In this document: positions 1 through 7,313 of the stretch, piece after piece
Numbering within the stretch: the first letter of the stretch is position 1
How the letters are laid out: each line of letters opens with the position of its first letter
NCBI GenBank assembly: GCA_902784285.1
Contig: CACZUL010000001.1
Location: forward strand, 1-44,530
From: an uncultured Pseudomonadota bacterium
GTDB taxonomy: Bacteria; Pseudomonadota; Alphaproteobacteria; Rs-D84
DNA: 44,530 bases
Direction of reading: 5' to 3'
Program-made: the position numbers and the translations under genes
Notes under the pieces: generated by a model
Databases searched by the model: none
The model's input: the letters and a program-made list of their open reading frames with translations, nothing else
Told to the model about the DNA's origin: nothing

Positions 1-1790
1 GCCAGTAATTCGGCCGCCTGGAACCCATTGCCACGCGATTTGGACATTTTATATCCATCACTGCCCAATAACAGCCCAAGCGCCGTGCGCTTTGCATACG
101 GTTCTGGGGTAGTCACCAAACCCAAATCATACAGCGCATGTTGCCAGAACCGCGAATATATCAAATGCCGTGTGTTATGTTCATGACCACCATTATAGTG
201 TGTAACCGGCATCCAATTTTTCATTTGTTCTTGGCTACAAAACTCTTTATCGTTTTTGGGATCCAAATACCGCAAGAAATACCACGAAGACCCCGCCCAA
301 GCTGGCATAGTATCTGTTTCGCGTTTTGCCGGCGCACCACAGCACGGACATTTCGTGTTTACCCAATCGGTCGCGCGCGCCAACGGACTTTCGCCTTCAT
401 CGGTTGGACGATAGTCCGCCATATATGGCTGTAATATCGGCAATTCATCATCTGGGACCGCCTGCCAACCGCATTTTTTGCAATACACTAACGGAATTGG
501 TTCACCCCAATACATTTGACGCGAAAATCCCCAATCCTTTAATTTATATTTCGTTGTTCCGCGCGCGAACCCATGTTCAGAACCATATTCAATCGCGGTT
601 GCAATCGCCGTTTCTTTATCCATACCATCCAAGAATTGCGAATTTATATGCACACCATCGCCCGTCCAAACCTTATCTGGTTCGCCACCCGAAAGCACAG
701 GAATTATTTCCAAACCAAACTTTTTTGCAAAGTCCCAATCGCGTTCATCATGCGCCGGCACCGCCATAATCGTTCCATAGGCATAATCAACCAACACATA
801 GTCCGATGTAAACACCGGAATTTCGGTATTGGTAAATGGGTTAATTGCCTTGATTCCCCTTAATTCAACACCCGACTTTTCGCGTGATGCATCGGTGCGC
901 TCAATTTCGGTCTTGGCCGCAGATTCGCGGATATATTTTTCAACTTCGTCTTTGTTTTCAATTTTGCCAGAATCCAACCATTTACGCAGCAATTTATGTT
1001 CCGGCGCAATAACACAAAATGTCACACCAAATATAGTATCAACACGCGTCGTGTATATTGTCATCACGTCATCACCAACGCGAAAATCAACATCTGCGCC
1101 ATTTGATTTGCCAATAAGGTTTATTTCATCCTTTTTAACACGTTCATCAAAGTCCAAATCTTTCAATCCATCCAACAATTTATCGGCATACTTAGACAAC
1201 GCCAAATTCCATTGCAATTTTTCTTTTTTTTCAATGACACCATGACAACGTGGACAGCAACCATCTTCTAATTCTTCATTGGTCAGTGTGGTACGGCAAT
1301 TCGGGCACCAATTCATTGGTAATTCTGATTTATATGCCAAACCCGCCTTAAAGAATTGAATAAACATCCACTGGGTCCATTTAATATATTCCGGGTCAGA
1401 TGTCGCCACGCGTGTTTCCGGGTCAACCGACCAACCCACAGAATCTATTACTTCGGCATAAGATTTTTTCAATTCATTCGCAATATCCGCAGGGTGCCGA
1501 CCAATTTTTGTTGCATAATGTTCTGCGGCAATTCCCATTGCGTCAAAACCCATAGGATAAATTACATCGTATCCCAAATGACGACGAAAACGCGCCATCA
1601 CATCCATACCAGAATAGTTCAACAAATGCCCACCATGCAAACCAGCACCAGACAAGAAAGGAAATTCCACCAACGTATAAAAACGCGGTTTTGAACCATC
1701 ATTTTTCGGAACAAATGCGCGCGCATCGCGCCATTTGCGTTGCCATTTTGATTCCCGTTCTATCACTTTCTTGATATCATCAGATGCCAT
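1..1790 (-). CDS. leuS: Leucyl-tRNA synthetase, N-terminal ~596 aa (C-terminus lies beyond the left edge)
   Basis: The open frame runs off the window, so it is absent from the ORF track. ATG at 1790-1788. My translation reads MASDDIKKVIERESKWQRKW..., with a HIGH-type motif GLHGGHLLNY, CPNCRT...CPRCHG zinc-knuckle cysteines, and the KMSKS motif read directly at nt ~33-47. Confidence 0.9.
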   Translation of the reverse strand, partial: MASDDIKKVIERESKWQRKWRDARAFVPKNDGSKPRFYTLVEFPFLSGAGLHGGHLLNYSGMDVMARFRRHLGYDVIYPMGFDAMGIAAEHYATKIGRHPADIANELKKSYAEVIDSVGWSVDPETRVATSDPEYIKWTQWMFIQFFKAGLAYKSELPMNWCPNCRTTLTNEELEDGCCPRCHGVIEKKEKLQWNLALSKYADKLLDGLKDLDFDERVKKDEINLIGKSNGADVDFRVGDDVMTIYTTRVDTIFGVTFCVIAPEHKLLRKWLDSGKIENKDEVEKYIRESAAKTEIERTDASREKSGVELRGIKAINPFTNTEIPVFTSDYVLVDYAYGTIMAVPAHDERDWDFAKKFGLEIIPVLSGGEPDKVWTGDGVHINSQFLDGMDKETAIATAIEYGSEHGFARGTTKYKLKDWGFSRQMYWGEPIPLVYCKKCGWQAVPDDELPILQPYMADYRPTDEGESPLARATDWVNTKCPCCGAPAKRETDTMPAWAGSSWYFLRYLDPKNDKEFCSQEQMKNWMPVTHYNGGHEHNTRHLIYSRFWQHALYDLGLVTTPEPYAKRTALGLLLGSDGYKMSKSRGNGFQAAELL

Positions 1791-1921
1791 TTTTTTGCTC
1801 CATATTTGGGTTTGCCGAAAAACCTTAGCAAAATTGCGCCAAATTTTCAAGTTTTTTATATATGTTTTTTACGCACACGGGGCATAAGCATCCGGTATTA
1901 TAATACCGCATATATTTTTCT

Positions 1922-1950
1922 TGACTTTTCCGCGGGGTTGCGACATAATA
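1922..1950 (+). promoter_or_regulatory. Sigma70-like promoter for rplM-rpsI
   Basis: TTGACT (1922-1927), a 17-nt spacer, then CATAAT (1945-1950), about 38 nt upstream of the rplM ATG. Confidence 0.5.
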
Positions 1951-1987
1951 GGGCGAACTTTTTAATACAACAAAAGGCAAAACAAAA

Positions 1988-2461
1988 ATGATGGCGACAA
2001 AATCGTTAAAAAAGTGCGAATTAGAAGCCAAATGGTATCTGATTGACGCAACAGATTGCACGCTGGGACGTTTGGCGGCGTATACCGCAAACATCCTGCG
2101 TGGCAAGAACAAGGCCACATGGACACCGAACATGGATTGCGGCGATCATGTGATTATCATCAACGCGGACAAGGTTGCTTTATCTGGCACCAAGGCCGAC
2201 AAAACAAAATTCTATTGGCACACCACATACCCAGGTGGCATCAAAGAACGCACATTGGGTCAAATGCGCGCGGAAAAGCCGACATTGTTGGTTAAAAACG
2301 CGGTTAAACGCATGATGGGCCGTCGTACCACGGTTGCTTTGGCGGACAAACGTCTGACAAAATTGCACGTATATGCGGGTGCTGAACATAAACATGCCGC
2401 GCAAAATCCGGTTGTGATTGATTTTGCGGGTCTGAATCGTAAAAACAAAAGGGGCGAATAA
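1988..2461 (+). CDS. rplM: 50S ribosomal protein L13
   Basis: 157 aa. [47 protein letters not shown] is a typical L13 N-terminal signature. The stop overlaps the rpsI start (TAATG). Confidence 0.95.
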   Translation: MMATKSLKKCELEAKWYLIDATDCTLGRLAAYTANILRGKNKATWTPNMDCGDHVIIINADKVALSGTKADKTKFYWHTTYPGGIKERTLGQMRAEKPTLLVKNAVKRMMGRRTTVALADKRLTKLHVYAGAEHKHAAQNPVVIDFAGLNRKNKRGE

Positions 2462-3000
2462 TGGCAACTGAAACCAAGAAAACAACCGCCAAGAAAGCGG
2501 CGATTACTACCAAGAAAGCGGCCCCGGCAACCAAAAAGGCCCCGGCGGCAACGAAAACAACCAAAACTGCGGCGGCAAAGCAACAAACCGCAACCGTTGC
2601 CACACCAAAGTTGGACAAGGCAACCTATGCAACCGGCAAACGTAAAGATTCCGTTGCACGCGTGTATCTGATGCCGGGCAAGGGCAATATTGTTATCAAC
2701 AACAAACCTATGACCGAATATTTTCGTCGTCCGGTGTTGCAAATGATTTTGAATCAACCATTTGCGGTTACTAAACGCGAAGGCGCATACGATGCGTTCG
2801 TAATGGTTATGGGCGGTGGTTTATCGGGCCAGGCAGGCGCGGTAAAGCACGGTATTTCCAAGGCATTGGAACGTCAAGAACCGGATTTACGCGCGGCATT
2901 GAAATCCGCTGGGTTCCTTACCCGCGACAGCCGTGTTGTTGAACGTAAGCACTATGGTTTCCACAAGGCACGTCGTTCAACCCAGTTCAGCAAACGTTAA
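2461..3000 (+). CDS. rpsI: 30S ribosomal protein S9 with a ~50-aa Lys/Ala/Thr-rich N-terminal extension
   Basis: The C-terminal 125 aa are canonical S9 ([12 protein letters not shown]...[19 protein letters not shown]...[11 protein letters not shown]). The N-terminus reads [40 protein letters not shown]. Confidence 0.95.
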   Translation: MATETKKTTAKKAAITTKKAAPATKKAPAATKTTKTAAAKQQTATVATPKLDKATYATGKRKDSVARVYLMPGKGNIVINNKPMTEYFRRPVLQMILNQPFAVTKREGAYDAFVMVMGGGLSGQAGAVKHGISKALERQEPDLRAALKSAGFLTRDSRVVERKHYGFHKARRSTQFSKR

Positions 3001-3022
3001 ACCGTTTGTTTGGAAACAAATC

Positions 3023-3048
3023 AAAAACCGCCTTTTCGGCGGTTTTTT
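3023..3048 (+). terminator. Rho-independent terminator after rpsI
   Basis: AAAAACCGCC-ttttc-GGCGGTTTTTT: a 5-bp GC stem followed by a T6 run, 23 nt after the rpsI stop. Confidence 0.7.
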
Positions 3049-3051
3049 ATA

Positions 3052-3080
3052 TTGAATTTGAAAAAAAATGTGTGTATACT
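3052..3080 (+). promoter_or_regulatory. Candidate sigma70-like promoter for tig
   Basis: TTGAAT (3052-3057), a 17-nt spacer, then TATACT (3075-3080), 34 nt upstream of the tig ATG. Confidence 0.45.
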
Positions 3081-3113
3081 GTGGCGGCAAATCTTACAGT
3101 AAAAGGGAAAATT

Positions 3114-4424
3114 ATGATTAAAAAAGAAAAAATCAAAGATTTACATTATTCTGTAACCGGCATTTTGACCGCAGACGAAATTCAGGCGGCCGCCGATAAA
3201 ATCCTTACCAAATATGGTGAAGATGTTAAAATGCCCGGTTTTCGCAAGGGTCATGTTCCATTAACCGTTCTGCGCCAGAAATATAATGCAAACGCCATGG
3301 CGGATGCAATCGATAAATTGATGAACGGCGATTTGGAAAAATATGCAACCGAGAAAAAAATCCGTCTGGCCGGGGCACCGCGTGCCGACCTTGGTAAATG
3401 TGAAATCGGGTCTGATGCCGAATATACATTGGAATTCGATATTTTGCCAACACTGGGCGCAATCGATTTAGATAAATTTACGGTTACCAAGAAAACTACT
3501 AAATTGGATGAATCCGAGGTTGACAAGGCATTGGAAAATCTGCGCCACGCACGCAGCGTTGCCGAAAAGCAACCAACAGAATATAAGGCCGAAAACGGCG
3601 ACACCGCTGTCATCGACTTTACCGGATATATTGGCAAAGAAGCATTTCCTGGCGGTGCGGCAAAAATGCACCACCTGGTTTTGGGTTCTGGTTCATTTAT
3701 TCCGGGGTTTGAAGACCAAATTGTTGGGCACCGTGCCGGTGACAAATTCGATGTCAATGTAAAATTTCCAAAAGATTATCATGCCGACAACTTGGCAGGC
3801 AAGGCGGCGCGTTTCGAGATTGTCTTGCACGAGGTTCGCAAACATGTCTTGCCAGAATTAAACGATGAATTCGCCCGGGAAATTGGTCAAGAAACGGTCG
3901 AAAAATTACGCGAACACATCCGTAATATTCTGAACGGCCAATATATAGATGCCGCGCAATCAGAAATGCGCAATGAATTATTGGACATTTTGGCGGACAA
4001 AATCAAACTTGATTTGCCGGATGTTTTGGTCGAACAAGAATTACAAATGGCCAAAGACGAACACGAACATCATCACGCACACTGTGATGGCAAATGCGAA
4101 GGCGATTGCAAATTTGACGAGAAAAAAGAACGCAAAGACGCTGAACGCCGTGTTAAATTGGGCCTTATATTGGCGGAATGGGGCTCTGCAAATAAAGTAG
4201 AAGTTACCCGGGACGATCTGCAACAGGCCATTTGGGCCGAAGCCGCACGCTATCCAGACCCGAAACAGGTATTTGAATTCTATAACAAGAATCAAAACGC
4301 CCTGACAATGCTGCGCGGTATGATTTTCGAACGCAAAGCTCTGGACGCGATGTTGACCCATGTTAAGCAAAAGGAAAAAGCGGTAAAACCGTCCGAATTG
4401 TTCGAACCAGCAAAGGCAAAATGA
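3114..4424 (+). CDS. tig: Trigger factor (ribosome-associated PPIase chaperone)
   Basis: I take the ATG at 3114 (SD AAAAGGGAAA), not the TTG at 3006. The N-domain has PGFRKGHVPLTVLRQKY and the FKBP domain has VIDFTGYIGKEAFPGGAAKMHHLVLGSGSFIPGFEDQIVGH. The C-domain carries an unusual His/Cys-rich segment. Confidence 0.9.
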   Translation: MIKKEKIKDLHYSVTGILTADEIQAAADKILTKYGEDVKMPGFRKGHVPLTVLRQKYNANAMADAIDKLMNGDLEKYATEKKIRLAGAPRADLGKCEIGSDAEYTLEFDILPTLGAIDLDKFTVTKKTTKLDESEVDKALENLRHARSVAEKQPTEYKAENGDTAVIDFTGYIGKEAFPGGAAKMHHLVLGSGSFIPGFEDQIVGHRAGDKFDVNVKFPKDYHADNLAGKAARFEIVLHEVRKHVLPELNDEFAREIGQETVEKLREHIRNILNGQYIDAAQSEMRNELLDILADKIKLDLPDVLVEQELQMAKDEHEHHHAHCDGKCEGDCKFDEKKERKDAERRVKLGLILAEWGSANKVEVTRDDLQQAIWAEAARYPDPKQVFEFYNKNQNALTMLRGMIFERKALDAMLTHVKQKEKAVKPSELFEPAKAK

Positions 4425-4972
4425 TGGGCAAAATCAGACAATTCTTTGGGCTGGGCCCCAGTAAGCGCGAACAACGCCGTATGGAACAAGAAGCATTGGA
4501 ACAACGGGCTGGGAATCGGCGCCGGATCGAAAAACAAATGTTCCTTAAACTTTTGCGAACAATGTGCGAAACATACGAACACCAAAAGTTGAATTCTTGG
4601 TATCACGATTTCGGCGGTTGGAATCCAGGGCCCACCGTGCGCGCATATAAGATCGCACCCACGGCACCGATATTTGAAATTCATCACGAAACCCATCGCG
4701 GCTCGCCGAATTATTATAATATCCAGGTGTGTCGAAACGTCCCAGAATTCGAAGAAATATACAAAGAAAGGTACTTTGTCCCAGATCACCGAAGAAGATA
4801 CGTTGATGCTGTATTCGAATTGGTACGCTTCGGTCCGGATGCCATTACGTCCGAAACCCGACAAACTTTAAAGGATTTGAAAAAAATAACAGACAGGCAT
4901 CCTGTAATTTGGACCAATTACAAAGAAAGCCGCGCCATTTGTTATATGCAAGGGCTGCAAAAGCACAGATAA
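4421..4972 (+). CDS. Hypothetical protein (183 aa), translationally coupled to tig
   Basis: The ATG overlaps the tig TGA (ATGA). It is followed by a clean terminator. I recognise no motif in it. Confidence 0.6.
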   Translation: MMGKIRQFFGLGPSKREQRRMEQEALEQRAGNRRRIEKQMFLKLLRTMCETYEHQKLNSWYHDFGGWNPGPTVRAYKIAPTAPIFEIHHETHRGSPNYYNIQVCRNVPEFEEIYKERYFVPDHRRRYVDAVFELVRFGPDAITSETRQTLKDLKKITDRHPVIWTNYKESRAICYMQGLQKHR

Positions 4973-4980
4973 AACAAAAT

Positions 4981-5003
4981 CCGCCCAGAATAGGGCGGTT
5001 TTT
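4981..5003 (+). terminator. Rho-independent terminator
   Basis: CCGCCC-agaata-GGGCGG followed by TTTTT, 9 nt after the stop at 4972. Confidence 0.7.
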
Positions 5004-5398
5004 AATTTTTCACCCAGACAACCAAAAACAATTGAATTTTCGTGGAAATTCTAGTAAATTTATTACAAACGCACGAAAAAGGGCGTTTTTACACCAAAAA
5101 AATCGCTGCAACCCGCAGAAATCCGCCATTTTTTCAAAAAAATCGGTCAGAATAGGGCGGTTTTCACAATTTTTGGCTTTAACAACAGCATCATCCCGAA
5201 CATAAAGGCCCACCGGTCCCGCCCACCGCACAACGAAATCCGCCAGCCATGACGGGCCACCCAAAACGCCGGAATATATTTTAATTTCTTTCCCGGACAT
5301 TCAGCCGCGCAAAATTTACAAAACCAATAAAAAATACACAACCAACAGGCACCAATACAGCAAGCAAAATTTCATTAAAGATATATTTATGCCATACG

Positions 5399-5558
5399 GC
5401 TAATAGCGAGCAAATTATAAAAGGACATATATTTATATGTCATGGACGACGCCCAAAAATCAAAACGAACAGCGAGCAGGCCATGTTAAATCAAAAACCA
5501 AACACAAAAGCCAAGCGCTAATAGCGAGCAAATTTTAATCAGACATATATTTATACAT
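5399..5558. repeat. Two ~42-bp direct repeats, 118 bp apart
   Basis: Copy 1 (5399-5440) is gctaatagcgagcaaattataaaaggacatatatttatatgt. Copy 2 (5517-5558) is gctaatagcgagcaaattttaatcagacatatatttatacat. The first 18 nt are identical. The octamer AGCGAGCA also occurs at 5471-5478. Confidence 0.8.
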
Positions 5559-5647
5559 TTACGCCGCCATAACACACACAAAGGCAAGAAGAATTTTTTT
5601 TCACAGATGGCCACCAACGAAATCCGACCAGCAAATCATATTGGTAT

Positions 5648-5772
5648 TATATTATGTGTGGTTATAGTGGGCTTTGCACACTTAACAATCAACTTCCAGA
5701 TAGTGTAAAATTTATGGATTTATATTATGTATAGTTATAGTGGGCTTCGCACACTTAACTATACATAATATA
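5648..5772. repeat. Two 39-nt direct repeats, 73 bp apart; the second forms a ~21-bp-stem hairpin
   Basis: Copy A (5648-5686) is tatattatgtgtggttatagtgggctttgcacacttaac. Copy B (5721-5759) is tatattatgtatagttatagtgggcttcgcacacttaac, giving 36/39 identity. Copy B continues with tatacataatata (to 5772), which pairs back to its own 5' arm. Confidence 0.8.
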
Positions 5773-6210
5773 CATTATGCGCCTTTTGTGTATCATCGCC
5801 CCGCCGTCCAAACGCCGGTTTTTATCTGTTCGTATTTTTACAGAAAAAACATATCGTTATATCACAAACCTTACACCGTGTTTTAAGTTTTTATATCGTC
5901 AACACCACAAAAATTCGGCCTATACACATCCAAAATGCCGCATTTTGTTATCAGAAATTTAATCCGCATAAAATATCATCCGCCCCAACCCCAATTTTTA
6001 ATTCAAAACGGCATCAAATCGGTAATTTTTGGGCCATTTTGGCTTATGTGTACCCCGCCCCACCATAAGTTTATATACAATTTTACAAACTCAGTCTAAC
6101 ATTTCAATTTTACTAATATTTTTTAATTTTTATAAAATCTGATTTTTGCGAAAAAACACCCAAATTTCGGGCAAAAAAAATCGGATTTTTGTTTTATGTA
6201 AATAAAACAC

Positions 6211-6239
6211 TTGCCACAAATTGCCAAATCTGATAGCAT
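6211..6239 (+). promoter_or_regulatory. Sigma70-like promoter with extended -10
   Basis: TTGCCA (6211-6216), a 17-nt spacer, then TGaTAGCAT (6231-6239). Confidence 0.5.
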
Positions 6240-6483
6240 CAAAAACGAACCGGGAACAGAACCTGTGTTCGGGGCTGTCGAAAGCCCATGCATATCCGGT
6301 GCAATGCATCGTAATCCGCCGCGATTTCGTGTTTTTGCACCGTGTGTTACCCCAAATAATGGTTGGGGTGCCTTTGGTGTATATTTAAAGACCATTGGAA
6401 TCGTTGATATGCATGATTTTCGAACACCCCGACCGTCCGGTTTCCGCGACGGTTATTTTTTAGGCCACACAAAGGGGGATATT
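6240..6483 (+). promoter_or_regulatory. Structured 5' leader of unclassified type (candidate riboswitch or attenuator)
   Basis: Several stems can be read directly: CGAAC/GTTCG, GGGCT-gtcgaa-AGCCC, ATGCAT/ATGCAT, GGTGCA/TGCACC and ACCCCAA-ataatgg-TTGGGGT. An alternative pairing GGTTGGGGTG (6361-6370) with CACCCCGACC (6425-6434) overlaps the 5' arm of the terminator. Confidence 0.4.
6432..6461 (+). terminator. Intrinsic terminator 23 nt upstream of a start codon (attenuator-type position)
   Basis: ACCGTCCGG-ttt-CCGcGACGGT followed by TATTTTTT. The SD AAAGGGGGA and the ATG at 6484 follow immediately. Confidence 0.65.
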
Positions 6484-7284
6484 ATGTCAAAGTTTTTAAT
6501 ATCAATTATCGGCACACTGATTACAGGGGTGGCATTTGCCGCGGGTGAAAATATTCCAACATCAAAAGGTTATGTTGATAGTTTGGTTGCCGAAAAACAG
6601 GACAAAATTTCCGCAAATGATGGTGTTGTGCCCCAGGTTTTAACGAATACTGGCACGGCGGGTGAAATTGGCACCAAAGATATTTATACTTCCGCAAATG
6701 CGTATTCCGGACAAACCGATGCACTGATTGATGCCGTTACAATGAACACCGCGGTTCAAAACGCAATTGACAGTGAATTCCAATGTGTGGAATGGGTTGA
6801 CAACGACCCGACAAAAGATTGTTTGTTGATGGATGTCAGAAAAACAACTAATGTGTTACAAAATCCAGTATCGTTGAATAATGCAATATTCGATTCAGCA
6901 ACTGCGACCCTATCAAACACATGGACAACCAACAAAGATTATATGCATTTGTATTTATGGTATGCAGATCGTGCCGTTTATAGTAGTAGTGGACAAGTAA
7001 GAATAACTATACAAAATTATTTTAGACAAGGCCAAACATACAAAAATACATTTACCACAGGTCCAACGACTCATTATTTTTACATAAAACATAATGACAG
7101 CAAAGACATTGGGGCGTATTTTGAAATTGAACCATCAACCACATATACAGTTATTGTTAAAGCCCTGGAAACCGATTTATCGATAGTCGGGGGATTAAAA
7201 GTGCAGGTTATGTTGGTGCGTGGAAATTATGCCTATGAAGATGTTTTGCCATACGGTGAAAACATTTATATACCACAAAACTAA
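6484..7284 (+). CDS. Secreted hypothetical protein (266 aa) with a tail-fibre-like N-terminal motif
   Basis: ATG at 6484 with SD AAAGGGGGA. Signal peptide MSKFLISIIGTLITGVAFA|AGE. The motif TSKGYVDSLVAEKQDKIS is followed by a beta-rich, Tyr/Thr-rich C-terminal half. The long ORF call starting at 6211 covers the leader and is not credible as coding sequence. Confidence 0.7.
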   Translation: MSKFLISIIGTLITGVAFAAGENIPTSKGYVDSLVAEKQDKISANDGVVPQVLTNTGTAGEIGTKDIYTSANAYSGQTDALIDAVTMNTAVQNAIDSEFQCVEWVDNDPTKDCLLMDVRKTTNVLQNPVSLNNAIFDSATATLSNTWTTNKDYMHLYLWYADRAVYSSSGQVRITIQNYFRQGQTYKNTFTTGPTTHYFYIKHNDSKDIGAYFEIEPSTTYTVIVKALETDLSIVGGLKVQVMLVRGNYAYEDVLPYGENIYIPQN

Positions 7285-7313
7285 TAAAAATTTATAGTTC
7301 CTCTCTCTTAAAC

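Noticed and set aside
138-1694. Five plus-strand ORFs (98-147 aa) in the first 1.7 kb.
   Set aside because: They lie antisense to an uninterrupted leuS frame with HIGH and KMSKS motifs. Their translations are low-complexity with no SD. They are shadow ORFs.
3006-3113. N-terminal extensions in the ORF track. The affected calls start at 3006, 6211, 10530, 16189, 24705, 26552, 29477 and 37376, with minus-strand equivalents at 10535, 20046, 20776, 24310, 24942, 30772, 40643, 42366 and 43296.
   Set aside because: The track takes the longest ORF, including TTG/GTG starts. In each case an internal ATG with a good SD, a signal peptide or a conserved family N-terminus fits better. Several of the extensions run through terminators or leaders.
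5010-5341. Two overlapping minus-strand ORFs (96 aa and 64 aa) in the repeat-rich gap.
   Set aside because: They have no SD and cross the duplicated terminator fragment, and I see no motif. They may be the remains of a decayed gene, which I cannot support.
5399-5772. Possibility of a CRISPR array.
   Set aside because: Each of the two repeat families has only two copies, with unequal periods (118 and 73 bp). The repeats are imperfect, and no cas genes are present.
4976-6210. A replication origin or iteron region, or a known housekeeping RNA (tmRNA, RNase P RNA, SRP RNA, 6S), in the 1.2-kb gene-free stretch.
   Set aside because: I saw no cluster of DnaA-box-like TTATCCACA sequences. I also saw none of the conserved cores I know: GAGGAAAGTCC for RNase P, the GGAAG-type SRP domain IV, or a tRNA-like end and tag ORF for tmRNA.
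6240-6461. Assignment of the leader to a known riboswitch class (TPP, cobalamin, c-di-GMP-I, glycine, ZTP, fluoride).
   Set aside because: Short resemblances exist (GGGGTGCC; GGTGCAA...AATCCGCCGCG; CGAAAG). However, the defining cores are absent: CTGAGA and ACCTGATCTGGATAATGCCAGCG for TPP, the B12 box for cobalamin, and GGCAAA...GACGCAAAGC for GEMM-I. I left the leader unclassified.
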